A stretch of DNA of 64,000 nt from Candidatus Levyibacteriota bacterium (GTDB taxonomy: Bacteria > Patescibacteriota > Microgenomatia > Levybacterales > UBA12049). Location: assembly GCA_041906785.1 (NCBI GenBank), contig JAYRIM010000029.1:1149-65148 (forward strand), given 5' to 3'. How positions within the stretch are numbered: the stretch's first letter is position 1; every line of letters begins with the position of its first letter. The notes under the pieces are model-generated. The model did no database searches. It worked only from the letters and a program-made list of their open reading frames with translations, and was not told the DNA's origin. Both the position numbers and the translations under genes were made by a program. Below, piece after piece: positions 37,592 to 47,834 of this stretch.

Positions 37592-39136
37592 CTATTGTCC
37601 ATTTTCCCGCTTATTTTCTCGAGCAGCATTCATTGAGTTTTTTACGAAATCCTCAGCCCAGGTATATATATTCCGTTCTTCCATGAGTTCTACCATTTCG
37701 TTTGTCCGCCTGACTTTCTCACGCACACCCATTTCTAACCCTGTTTTAATACTGTCAGCAACCTGTTCAATATCATATGGGTTTACTATAAGTGCAGCGC
37801 CTAAATCGATAGCTGACCCAGCGAATTGTGAGAGAACAAGCATGCCTGGATCTTCTGAAAATGATTGTGCGATGACAAATTCTTTTGATACTAAATTCAT
37901 TCCATCATCAAGTGGTGTAACTACAGCTAATCTCGCTTTCTTATAGAGATTTAATACTTCTTCGCGAGTGAATGACTGATGAATAACCTGAATAGGCCGC
38001 CATGTCTCTGTCGCATATTTGTCATTTATTTGTTTTACTAATGCGTTTACATCTTCTTTTAATTGTTTATATGTAGGAATTTCGCTTCGAGATGGAGACA
38101 TAACACCTAAATACACAGCTCGCTCACGATACTGCGGATATTTTTCGAAAAACCGATCAATTGCAGACAGTCGTAAAGGTACTCCCTTCGTATAATCGAG
38201 CCTATCTACACCGAGAATCACTTTATAGTTTTGAAAGAAAAAATCCAATGGATCAGAAATCTTTTCTTTCTGTTCTTCATTCTGCTCACCTCGTAGCATA
38301 TCTTGAAGAACTCGAAGTAAGAAAGAATCTTCAAGAGGTGGCGCCACGATTCTTTTGATAACATCTACATCAATGCCAAGCGGTAAATTCCGGACTGTTG
38401 TTATCTTTTTATCAAAATGTACCTGCCGTTTCTCTTCATCAATACGCACTGCCAATTCACGTTGGACTGTATTTAGGAAATTTTTCGCTTGATAATCACG
38501 ATGGAATCCCAGAAAATCACACGATAAAAGGCTCCATAAAATATCTTTTTTTACTGGAAGGATTCGGAAAATCTCCCACGTCGGCCATGGAATATGCCAG
38601 AAAAATGCGACTATCGTATCTTTCGGTCTTCCTAAATACATCGGAACGAGTGAAAGCTGATAATCATGGATCCAAATAAATGTTTTTCCTGAAATTTCTT
38701 CTTTTATCGCCTGAGCGAATTTTTTATTAACTTCTTTATATCCTTCATACCATTCCTTACGGAATTGAGGTTTCTGGAATGCTATATGACAAAGAGGCCA
38801 GAGTGTCTGATTCGCGAAACCATTATAATATGCATGAATTTCTTCCTGAGAAAGGAAAATGCGCTTCATTGTATAATCGCCTTCGGTTCCTTTAATAGTG
38901 AGCTTCCCCTTCCTATCAACACCGATTTTATCTTCTTCTGTTCGCGCGCGTGCAATATATGTAGCTTTTGAGGCTTGAGCAAGGATATCAAAAGAGGAAG
39001 AAACACCCCCGGGGACGTTTTGCAAAACTATCTGATCGTTCTTGCGGATATTCATTTTCGTCTCGCCATCCGCAGCAATAATCGTCTTATAACCAAGACG
39101 ATCGAAATAATCACGCAAATCGTAAAAAGATGCCAT
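37592..39136 (-). CDS. otsA: trehalose-6-phosphate synthase (GT20)
   Basis: YYNGFANQTLWPLCH, WIHDYQL, FWHIPWP, GVDRLDYTKG, DGMNLVSKEF, LSQFAG. Confidence 0.95.
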   Translation of the reverse strand: MASFYDLRDYFDRLGYKTIIAADGETKMNIRKNDQIVLQNVPGGVSSSFDILAQASKATYIARARTEEDKIGVDRKGKLTIKGTEGDYTMKRIFLSQEEIHAYYNGFANQTLWPLCHIAFQKPQFRKEWYEGYKEVNKKFAQAIKEEISGKTFIWIHDYQLSLVPMYLGRPKDTIVAFFWHIPWPTWEIFRILPVKKDILWSLLSCDFLGFHRDYQAKNFLNTVQRELAVRIDEEKRQVHFDKKITTVRNLPLGIDVDVIKRIVAPPLEDSFLLRVLQDMLRGEQNEEQKEKISDPLDFFFQNYKVILGVDRLDYTKGVPLRLSAIDRFFEKYPQYRERAVYLGVMSPSRSEIPTYKQLKEDVNALVKQINDKYATETWRPIQVIHQSFTREEVLNLYKKARLAVVTPLDDGMNLVSKEFVIAQSFSEDPGMLVLSQFAGSAIDLGAALIVNPYDIEQVADSIKTGLEMGVREKVRRTNEMVELMEERNIYTWAEDFVKNSMNAARENKRENGQ

Positions 39137-39238
39137 AGGTAAATCAGGCAGAAAAAAAGCTTATAAACTTGTCTAGATTCAGTTCATTATAGCATAGCCT
39201 TCTGCGCTAGAGTGTAAAAGAAGTGTAAAAGAACGTAA

Positions 39239-39322
39239 AGGTCAAAAGAGACAGAAGAGCCAGAGGGGCCAAAGGAAATTCTCTTTTGTCTCTTCTGTCT
39301 CCTTGGTCCCATTTGGCTCCTT
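39239..39322. repeat. 9-mer tandem-repeat hairpin (AGAGACAGA/AGAGCCAGA family)
   Basis: purine-rich arm then complementary pyrimidine arm; same family at 39978-40015 and flanking 43177-43542. Confidence 0.75.
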
Positions 39323-40326
39323 AAGATAATTATCCACTTCATAGATACATCCTGATCGACTTATGAAAAGTGGAGGATGTCTAGTTGATCTATATGTATA
39401 GTACTATTTTTTAAAAAAAATTTGCAAACAGTGAGATTTTTAAACAAAGTAAAACAGCAGTAAGTATGTACGTTTCAAATTTATTATTTAAATGCCATAT
39501 TTATTATCCCTATATAACGTTATAATTACTCATACATGATCATGATAAGTACTCAGAGATATTCTCATACATTTCGAAGTTTTAATATACTTAAGGAAGA
39601 AATCCGTTTTCGTTGACGTCATGTAGTTCGATTTTTTCGATAAGCATACAGGAAACAGTAGAATATCCTTAAAACTTTTCATATAATTTATAAAAAAATA
39701 TCTTATCTTGACAGAAATTATTAAAAATCTTGACTTAGAACATATTAGTTGATCAATAACACTTCTTCGGGAATTATTGTGAAAACTTTTTTAAAAGAAG
39801 TGTTATTTTTTTGCATAAGAATTTTGAAAAAATTAATTTTTTTTAAGAAATTGAGCATTATAAACCTCAAAACTCAATGCTACATAAAGTCATCTTAGGA
39901 AAACAGCACTTCAAAAAATCATTGCGTGAAAATTTCTTTTTTCACAAAAGAAAGTGAGGGAAATGAAATTTTATTACCTTTGTCTCTTCTGGCTCCTAGG
40001 TCTCCTTTGTCCCTAATCTCCCTCCTACTTTATAACTTTTGAATTTTTTTAAACATTGGCCTTAGAATGCCCTACAACGGCAGATAGTTTTAAAAGTGCT
40101 ATTTTTAGTCGTTATTTTTTCTAACTTTATATGACACTACAATAATAAATAATATTATCTTATATTTCTCAATTACTAAGCACTCCCAAGGGTTCCCTAT
40201 AGGGTATTGAAGAGCTTTGTGGAAAGTACAGCAGAGATGCGTAAGTTTAGGCTAGTTTCTCGTGAAAATTTGCCTATTGACATCTTCTTACAGGATTGTT
40301 ACTTTATAAGTCCATAGAAAAATAAT

Positions 40327-43131
40327 ATGAGTATTCCTGCCCTATACCAAATCGCCCATAAAAGTGTTCTTGATCTTTCTAAACAAGCAAATCCTTCAAA
40401 TGAGGAAGATCTAAAAGCCATGCTAGGCTGCGATAGCGCATTAACTGTTTTAAAACTCCTCAACGCTTATAAAAAGGAACCGTCTCCTGAGCTACTAGAT
40501 ATTTGTAATAAAAGACTTTCTCTTCTTATACGCCTTCAAGGAAACGAGGTAAATCTTAAAAGCGGAGAAGAACCTGGTAAATTTATTCGTTTTTTTGCAA
40601 AAGCTGAATCACTTCCCGAAAATAACCCATGGTTTATTTACAATGATGGATACACACGCATGTATGATTCAATTGATGCAACTCCCCTCACCTTAATTTC
40701 TATTTATAAGTACTGGCAAATAACAAGCGATAATGAATTTTTATTACAGAGCTTATCATCTGTCGAAAAAGCTCTAAACTGGATCATTACATATGGTGAT
40801 AAGGATAAAGATGCGCTGCTTGAACATGAATATCAGCCATATGCGAAAGATGAAGAAGCACTATACTCATGGACTGATGCACATAGATTACTTCTCGCCG
40901 AGAGTGAAACGACGAACTATCCTATTGCTCCTGTAGAAACGCAAGCGTTTGCTTGGCTTGCTCTTCGTCTCTGGTCAGACTTTTACCGTGACCACTACCC
41001 TACATTTGGTCATAAGATATACACGCATGCCGCACAGTTGAAACAACAATTTAATAAACTATTTTTACTGGAGGATCGAGGATATTGGTATACAGCCCAA
41101 GCACTTGACGGTAATAAAGAACAGATTAAACGAATTACTGCTAATCCCCTTTTCTGCCTGTGGGCCTCATATAAAGAAGATGGAAAACAAAAAGAAGCTA
41201 TTATAGAAGAAGAAATTATAGCAAGCATGGTCGAACGGGCATTCCTTCCGGATATGTTCGATGCAGATGCGGGTATAAGACTATTAAGTAGTGATACCGT
41301 TACTGGGAATCTCCGCTTCCATGGAACAAAAAGTTTCTGGCCAGTTGTAAATGGCTACATTATAGAAGGATTGGAAAAATATAAGTTTTGGAAACAAGCA
41401 TCTGCCCTAACTGAAGCATCGCTTAAACCTATTGCGCATTTCCAATCTCCAGTTGAAAGTTACATTAAATCTGAACATGGGTATGAATCAGTAGAATTAC
41501 CCACAAGTATTAAAGATCTTCATGTCGAGAAAGTGAATTCAGCAGCAGCTGTTTTAGATATGGTCACTATTCCCCGCTGGGCTCGAAAAGCTGTGGTTTA
41601 TCAAATATATCCTCGCAGTTTTAAGGATACCAATAAGGACGGTATCGGAGATCTCCAAGGAATCATAGAAAAATTAGATTATCTTCAGTATCTTGGAATT
41701 AATGCTATCTGGCTCTCCCCTATTTATAAATCCCCAATGGCAGATAATGGCTATGATATCGCGGATTATTGTGACATTGATCCTATTTTTGGTTCTCTGT
41801 CGGATTTCGATCGTTTGATTGAAGGTGCACATAAAAGAAATATAAAAGTCATGCTTGATTTCGTACCGAATCATACATCAAACCAACATCGCTGGTTTAA
41901 AGAATCCGCCTCGTCGAAAGTCAATCCAAAACGAGATTGGTATATCTGGAAAGATCCGAAGGAAGATGGATCAACGCCAAATAACTGGATTAGCGTTTCA
42001 GGAGGATCGGCCTGGCAGTTTGACCAAAACAGTGGCCAATATTATCTGCATAGCTTTCTCCCCGAACAGCCAGATTTAAATTGGAGAAACCCTGAAGTTG
42101 TGGAGGCTATGTGTAACGTCTTACGGTTCTGGATGGATAAAGGTGTTGATGGATTTCGAGTCGATGTCATTTATTATCTAATTAAAGATAATCGTTTCAT
42201 TGATGAACCACTGAACGAGAATTATAGACCTGGCACTGACCATCCGAATGAATATCTTAAACATATCTATAGTAAAGATCAACCTGAAACACTAGAAATA
42301 ATTAGAACGTTTTGTGATGTTCTTGATGAATACCCAAATAAGTTTATGGTAAGTGAAACGTATGTTGATATACCAGAAACAGTTCGTTTATATACAACGT
42401 CCGAAAAAGGGCTTCACGCGCCATTTAACTTCCATTTACTTTATCAACCCTGGGAAGCTGAAGCATATAAAAACGTTGTTGATACCTTCCAGTCATCTCT
42501 CAGAATGCAAGATCTCCCTGTGTATATACTTGGAAATCACGACCAGTCTCGAGTCGCGACACGCGTGGGCGGTCAGAAACAAGCCCGCATAGCTGCTATG
42601 ATGCAGCTAACCTTACCAGGAATGCCGTTTATTTATTACGGTGATGAAATCGGCATGGAAGACGTTAATATCCCTTTTGAAAAACGTGCGGATAAATTTG
42701 AAACCTGCCGGGATTTTGAGAGAACACCATTTCAATGGAATAGCAACAAATACGCTGGTTTTTCAGATGTTGAACCATGGCTGCCTACCCAAGAAGATTT
42801 TCAAATACAAAACGCAGAAAAGCAGCAAGAAGATCCTACATCAATGCTTTCTCTCTATAGATTCCTTATTCAATTCCGTAAAAACACGTCTGCTCTAACC
42901 CACGGAAAGTATCTACAATTGAATATAAAAAACGAACATATCTTCGCATATAAAAGAAAATATGGAAAATCGGAAGTCACAGTCATCCTTAACTATTCAG
43001 GTGAAGATCAAAATGTACATATAGATAATAAAAACCGAAAAGCCGTATGTTCTACGTACATGGATGAACGCGAGGCTAATCCTGAAGGCTATATAACACT
43101 TAGACCATTTGAAGGGATTATTCTTGTTTGA
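40327..43131 (+). CDS. fusion: amylo-alpha-1,6-glucosidase-like (alpha/alpha)6 domain plus GH13 alpha-glucosidase
   Basis: N-half EEPGK, SIDATPL, GDKDKD, APVETQ, SFWP; C-half YQIYPRSF.D.N.DGIGDL.GI, DFVPNHTS, DGFRVD, GNHD. Confidence 0.9.
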   Translation: MSIPALYQIAHKSVLDLSKQANPSNEEDLKAMLGCDSALTVLKLLNAYKKEPSPELLDICNKRLSLLIRLQGNEVNLKSGEEPGKFIRFFAKAESLPENNPWFIYNDGYTRMYDSIDATPLTLISIYKYWQITSDNEFLLQSLSSVEKALNWIITYGDKDKDALLEHEYQPYAKDEEALYSWTDAHRLLLAESETTNYPIAPVETQAFAWLALRLWSDFYRDHYPTFGHKIYTHAAQLKQQFNKLFLLEDRGYWYTAQALDGNKEQIKRITANPLFCLWASYKEDGKQKEAIIEEEIIASMVERAFLPDMFDADAGIRLLSSDTVTGNLRFHGTKSFWPVVNGYIIEGLEKYKFWKQASALTEASLKPIAHFQSPVESYIKSEHGYESVELPTSIKDLHVEKVNSAAAVLDMVTIPRWARKAVVYQIYPRSFKDTNKDGIGDLQGIIEKLDYLQYLGINAIWLSPIYKSPMADNGYDIADYCDIDPIFGSLSDFDRLIEGAHKRNIKVMLDFVPNHTSNQHRWFKESASSKVNPKRDWYIWKDPKEDGSTPNNWISVSGGSAWQFDQNSGQYYLHSFLPEQPDLNWRNPEVVEAMCNVLRFWMDKGVDGFRVDVIYYLIKDNRFIDEPLNENYRPGTDHPNEYLKHIYSKDQPETLEIIRTFCDVLDEYPNKFMVSETYVDIPETVRLYTTSEKGLHAPFNFHLLYQPWEAEAYKNVVDTFQSSLRMQDLPVYILGNHDQSRVATRVGGQKQARIAAMMQLTLPGMPFIYYGDEIGMEDVNIPFEKRADKFETCRDFERTPFQWNSNKYAGFSDVEPWLPTQEDFQIQNAEKQQEDPTSMLSLYRFLIQFRKNTSALTHGKYLQLNIKNEHIFAYKRKYGKSEVTVILNYSGEDQNVHIDNKNRKAVCSTYMDEREANPEGYITLRPFEGIILV

Positions 43132-43176
43132 AGGGACAGAAGAGACAAACGAGCCAGAAGAGACAAATGTTAAAAA

Positions 43177-43542
43177 TTATTTCTTGAGACTTTTTATTAG
43201 CTGTGAAAGCAAATACCCAACCTCACTTCTTTTCCCTTCAATAACATCATATTGCTCATGAGTAAGAAATGATAAGTCAAGAGAAAGCTCAAATCCTGCC
43301 TCTAGCTCAGCAAGTGAACCATCTGCAGTATTCAGAAAATGTAAATAATCTTTTGTTGTATGTCTTCTGTATCCTTCCACTATCGTAAGCACTACTGATA
43401 CAGCTGCTCTTCGCAACTGACTTTTTAGCCCAAATTCCTCACTCTTAGGAAATTCTTCTGTAAATTTATAGACTAACAACACTAATTCACGAGCTCTTTG
43501 CCAAACAATCAATTTGTGATACCCTTTATTTTCTTTCTTCAT
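43177..43542 (-). CDS. four helix bundle protein (23S rRNA IVP/TIGR02436-like)
   Basis: Y.KLIVWQRA, FPKSEEFGLKSQLRRAAVSV...IVEG, FLN.A.GSL.E. Confidence 0.92.
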   Translation of the reverse strand: MKKENKGYHKLIVWQRARELVLLVYKFTEEFPKSEEFGLKSQLRRAAVSVVLTIVEGYRRHTTKDYLHFLNTADGSLAELEAGFELSLDLSFLTHEQYDVIEGKRSEVGYLLSQLIKSLKK

Positions 43543-43563
43543 AACCCATCTGTCTCTTTTGGC

Positions 43564-44739
43564 TCATTGGTCCCCTCTGGCTCTTAAAGTTTTGAAAAAC
43601 TTCTCATAATCATCAACCATCCTCTGTACACTGAACTTCGCCTCAATATATTTTCTTGTACTCTCACGCAATTTTTTATATTCTGCTGGAGACATAGAAT
43701 ATATTCGCTCAACTGCCTCTTTTATACCTTCTAAACCAGTTTTTTTTATAATCCACTCCCCTCTTTTATCAGACTCTGAAGGATTAACGAGAAATCCTGT
43801 TTCTCCATCCTTGATAATTTCCGGAATTGCTCCTTTTGCAAAGGCCACCACTGGAGTTCCGCAACTCATAGCTTCAAGAAGAACTAAACCAAACGGTTCC
43901 TCCCACTGAAGCGGAAACAGAAAAAGCTTTGCTTCGCCTAAAATGCTGTTTTTATCAATATGTTCGTCTATTGTTGTTCTACGAAATGATATGTTTTCAC
44001 TTATCAGCGGTTTTATATCTTTATGAAAGTACTCTTCTGTTGATTGTTCTATATACGTAACAATATTTAAATGTCGGTTCAAGTCATTCGCAACTTGGAT
44101 GGCTTCTTTCGCTCCTTTATTCATCCGATGATGAATTCTACTCATCCATACCATGTCATCACTACCTATTTCATTAAATTGTAATGGCGTGATATCTATA
44201 CCATGAGGAATAACAGTCTTCCTTTCTTCGTGGATAAAGGGTACTTCATTATATTGGAGTTTCGACGGAAAAACGAAAAACATATTGTCAGAAATTCCAA
44301 ATTGTTTTGCATAAAACTCAAGCGTAAAGCCTACTGGGAAATGTCCGATAATCACAACGGGCTTCTTAAAAAAACGTGTATTAAATGTAAAAGTAGGATA
44401 CATAGCGCTATCAATAATCAAATCGAATTCTTCTTCATGTTCTTTTATATCTAAAAAAGCACGCATAAAGGCAGTTGAAGCAAACTGTTCTTTTCTACCT
44501 CGAAATTCTAAGGGTTTTTCAGTAAAGTATGTGTTTGAGTAATACTCAGGAAGGGGAAAATCAAGGAGTGGGTGAAGTGTAATGTTTTCATGAATCTCTG
44601 AACCTGATAATGCATAAAGATCAACTTTATGACCACGGCGGGCTGCTTCGAGAACGAAATTGGCTGTCCAAACTTCTGTTCCTCCCTTGCTATCTTTCCG
44701 AGCTGGTTTATCTGGAAGTGTAACTATTGCTATTTTCAT
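43564..44739 (-). CDS. GT4 family glycosyltransferase
   Basis: GGTE, IPHGID, WEEPFGLVLLEAMSCGTPVVAF..GAIPEII.DG.TGF. Confidence 0.92.
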   Translation of the reverse strand: MKIAIVTLPDKPARKDSKGGTEVWTANFVLEAARRGHKVDLYALSGSEIHENITLHPLLDFPLPEYYSNTYFTEKPLEFRGRKEQFASTAFMRAFLDIKEHEEEFDLIIDSAMYPTFTFNTRFFKKPVVIIGHFPVGFTLEFYAKQFGISDNMFFVFPSKLQYNEVPFIHEERKTVIPHGIDITPLQFNEIGSDDMVWMSRIHHRMNKGAKEAIQVANDLNRHLNIVTYIEQSTEEYFHKDIKPLISENISFRRTTIDEHIDKNSILGEAKLFLFPLQWEEPFGLVLLEAMSCGTPVVAFAKGAIPEIIKDGETGFLVNPSESDKRGEWIIKKTGLEGIKEAVERIYSMSPAEYKKLRESTRKYIEAKFSVQRMVDDYEKFFKTLRARGDQ

Positions 44740-44754
44740 AGTTGTTCTTGGTGT

Positions 44755-44822
44755 TGTCATTCCCGCGGAAGCGAGAATCTCTTAGCAGAGATCTGAGATC
44801 CCGGCTCAAGGCCGGGATGACA
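44755..44822. repeat. GTCAT...ATGAC palindromic (REP-like) element
   Basis: TGTCATTCCCGCGGAAGCGAGAATCT..GATCCCGGCTCAAGGCCGGGATGACA; supplies the stop codon of the otsB-like gene. Confidence 0.8.
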
Positions 44823-45846
44823 TCTCTTGTGAGACAAAGTCTGAGAGATCTGCTATAAATCTAGCACATGCTTCGACATTTGGCAAAAGAACATCTACTG
44901 CTTCTCTGCTTTGCTTACCTTCGAATTCAGATTGAATACCTATAGAAAAACCTAAAAAGCTGCCTTGAGATTCTTGCTCAGCTCTTTTCAGAAATTGAAA
45001 TGTACCTAAGTCTTGATCTGAATCACCAAGATATATGATTCCATCATACCTCTTATGCTTATCAATCAATGAATTTGTTCCATGTTTATTATCAAAGTCT
45101 TTAGCCAATCCCGCCAGAATTTCAGCTTTACTATGCATAAAATCAGGTGTTAAGCTTACTGAGTGGAAATACCCATCCATTTGAGAATCTTCATGGAAAT
45201 CACAGATTCGTGTATCCTGAACTCCGAATTGCTTTAGAGCTTTCTCATATAAATCTCTAAGAAATTCTATATATGATTGTCTATACTGCTGGTCTATGAG
45301 ATTAAAGTGATATACATGACTAATTCCTAAAGGAAAATCCTTAGTTATTCCTTTCTGTTCGACGACAATCATTCCTCCAGGAATCTTCTCGGCAAACTCG
45401 AACTTTTCTGGCAGATCATGATTTATACCGCTAGCATTAAAGAAATTGGCTCGTATATCAAGTAAAACTCGTGATATAGTTTGAGCATGTGGTACTAAAC
45501 GATTATCTATGTGTGAGGTTTCATCCTTGAAAAGTTCTAAACCATATGTCCCGAATACTTCTATATCATCTAAATCTGCAAGCGATGCTATTTTCGCTCC
45601 TGCTCTTCCAGAAATAATAGCAACATCTATCTCATTGTCTAAAAGCATTTGCATTGATTCATGAATACCTGGGAATAATTGTGTGTCCCGAGGGTCTTTT
45701 CCTAATGTTCTTTTTGAAATCCCGAGCGTTCCATCGTAATCGCTTGCGAAAAGGATTTGCTTTTTTGCATAAAGGAGTTTCTCTAGATCTTCCAGCCTGG
45801 AAGGATTCTTAAAATAAGAGGCTAAGACTTCACTTTTATCTCGCAT
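44806..45846 (-). CDS. otsB: trehalose-6-phosphate phosphatase-like HAD hydrolase
   Basis: FASDYDGTL, IISGR, G.YGLE, K, YLGDSDQD; same cluster as otsA. Confidence 0.75.
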   Translation of the reverse strand: MRDKSEVLASYFKNPSRLEDLEKLLYAKKQILFASDYDGTLGISKRTLGKDPRDTQLFPGIHESMQMLLDNEIDVAIISGRAGAKIASLADLDDIEVFGTYGLELFKDETSHIDNRLVPHAQTISRVLLDIRANFFNASGINHDLPEKFEFAEKIPGGMIVVEQKGITKDFPLGISHVYHFNLIDQQYRQSYIEFLRDLYEKALKQFGVQDTRICDFHEDSQMDGYFHSVSLTPDFMHSKAEILAGLAKDFDNKHGTNSLIDKHKRYDGIIYLGDSDQDLGTFQFLKRAEQESQGSFLGFSIGIQSEFEGKQSREAVDVLLPNVEACARFIADLSDFVSQEMSSRP

Positions 45847-46081
45847 GAAGAGATTATAGCACGGGGAAATAGTATAAAACGCATTTTTATTGTTTTATTA
45901 TTCCTTGCGTAGAGCGCGCAGACGATCCCCGCTCAGCGGGGAAGACTCTTGAGTGAGCGCATCAGGGGGAACCCACCACAGTGTGGAGGGGGTGTTATCA
46001 CCCGATAAGCAAACGAAAGAGTCTAGTCGAGCACTCCCTAGCAAGAGAGCTTTGGTACTTTCTCGATAGAAAGTACAAGAA

Positions 46082-47785
46082 TCACTCTTTAATAAAATCC
46101 ACACAAATTGTCTCGTGCGGTCTAAGCTTTATACAGGTAAAATCAATACTTTCTCCAAATTCTCGATCCATAAGTGTCGTATGGAGAAATCTTCCTTGTT
46201 TCTTCACTATTGAGAGCTCAATGCTCTCCCCTGAAATATTGTTAATGATCAGATATTGTCTGTTTCGAAACGTGCGCTCTATGACAACGACGTTATGTGC
46301 CATTGAGCCATCGGTCATCTGAATATCATTTCGTAACTTAAGAGTTCCTTCTCTGATAAGGTCAGTTTTCTTCATCGATATAAACCATTGGAAATTCGCT
46401 AATGTTGACTTTCTATCACGCAACGCTTCTTCAATGTTCTTACCAGAAGCAAATTGGCGATCAACATATATTCGTGAACATTTATAAGAATCTGTAAATC
46501 CTGCATTCGGTTCTTCATGATTCCAAAGCATCGCAGTCCGGCATCCATCACGTCCGTTAATACCTTTTATGCCGCCCTCGTTAAATCGTTCTGTTAAAAA
46601 ATATGAATCATCGATATAGGCAGTCGTATCTTTTTTACCGAATTCTGATCCTTGAAGAAGACAAAAACCACCTGGAAGCGAAAGAAGTATCGCATGTAGC
46701 TGCCTCGCTTGTAATTCTCCACCCCATCGAGTTGCGGGAAAACGATTGTCGTGATCACTGTCAACAAACACAGGAAATGAATCGAGTGATTGATAATGAT
46801 CAATGATATCAATCATACTCCTTCTTACATGCTTGGCATCATAATCCGTATAAATGAATGTGAAATCGAAAGGCCCACCGTTCTTTACAGCTCGAGCAAC
46901 TTCTACCTTTTGTTTGAAAGGAATATACACTTCAGCAATAATTATCCCATTCCGCTTCCTAATTCTTTCAGCTATTTTTTTTATTGTTTTTATTAATGTT
47001 GGATAGTAATGGTCTCTGTATTTATGGGTTTGCTGATTATTCGGATGGCGAAAAAAAATGTTCCGTTTTACCAACTCGCTACGAAACCTTGGATCTTTTG
47101 ATAAATACCCTATCGCATCTACACGGAAACCATCAACACCAATCTTCATCCAGTAATCTATAACCTTCATTAATGCCTCTTGAACCTCTGTGTTGTGCCA
47201 ATTAAGATCTGGCTGGAACAAATCTTTCGGATTATCTGTGAATGTCGGATTTCCTCTTAGAAAACTGCAAAGAATGAACTTGTTACTTTTAGGATCATAT
47301 TTCCAGGCAGGGCCCCCCGCCACACTCAGCCAATTGTTTGGATAAAGTTCTGAATCAGGAATATGCTCTTCTCCATCTTTTCGAGGTCGCGGATCACGTA
47401 ATATATACCAATCTCGTTTAGGATTATCCTCTGAAGCTATACATTCTTTAAACCAAGGATGTTCACTGGATGTGTGATTTAACACTAAGTCAATTAACAC
47501 TTTAAGGCGTTTTTTATGTGCAGATCTAATGAGCTGTTTAACATCTTTAAGGGTACCAAACATCGGATGGACATTGTAATAATCTGTAATATCATACCCA
47601 CCATCTGCCATAGGTGAAGGATAAAATGGCGCAATCCAAAGAGCATCTACACCTATGCTTTGTAAGTAATCTAACCGCTTTTCTATTCCTCTTAAATCTC
47701 CAATTCCATCACCATTACTATCCTGAAAACTTAACGGATAAATTTCATAAATAAACCAATTTTTCCATGAAGAAATTCTAGACAT
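46082..47785 (-). CDS. GH13 alpha-glucosidase/oligo-1,6-glucosidase family
   Basis: YEIYPLSFQDSNGDGIGDLRGI, DLVLNHTS, QPDLNW, DGFRVDA, AE, DHD, RDGCRT. Confidence 0.92.
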   Translation of the reverse strand: MSRISSWKNWFIYEIYPLSFQDSNGDGIGDLRGIEKRLDYLQSIGVDALWIAPFYPSPMADGGYDITDYYNVHPMFGTLKDVKQLIRSAHKKRLKVLIDLVLNHTSSEHPWFKECIASEDNPKRDWYILRDPRPRKDGEEHIPDSELYPNNWLSVAGGPAWKYDPKSNKFILCSFLRGNPTFTDNPKDLFQPDLNWHNTEVQEALMKVIDYWMKIGVDGFRVDAIGYLSKDPRFRSELVKRNIFFRHPNNQQTHKYRDHYYPTLIKTIKKIAERIRKRNGIIIAEVYIPFKQKVEVARAVKNGGPFDFTFIYTDYDAKHVRRSMIDIIDHYQSLDSFPVFVDSDHDNRFPATRWGGELQARQLHAILLSLPGGFCLLQGSEFGKKDTTAYIDDSYFLTERFNEGGIKGINGRDGCRTAMLWNHEEPNAGFTDSYKCSRIYVDRQFASGKNIEEALRDRKSTLANFQWFISMKKTDLIREGTLKLRNDIQMTDGSMAHNVVVIERTFRNRQYLIINNISGESIELSIVKKQGRFLHTTLMDREFGESIDFTCIKLRPHETICVDFIKE

Positions 47786-47834
47786 GTATTTATAGTAGTA
47801 TTAATTTAAAATAGAAAACAAGTTACAAGATATT

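Noticed and set aside
39330-39338. Replication origin based on TTATCCACT
   Set aside because: Single imperfect box, no box cluster and no dnaA/dnaN nearby.
43177-43542. Avd of a diversity-generating retroelement
   Set aside because: No reverse transcriptase and no TR/VR pair with adenine-specific differences seen in the window.
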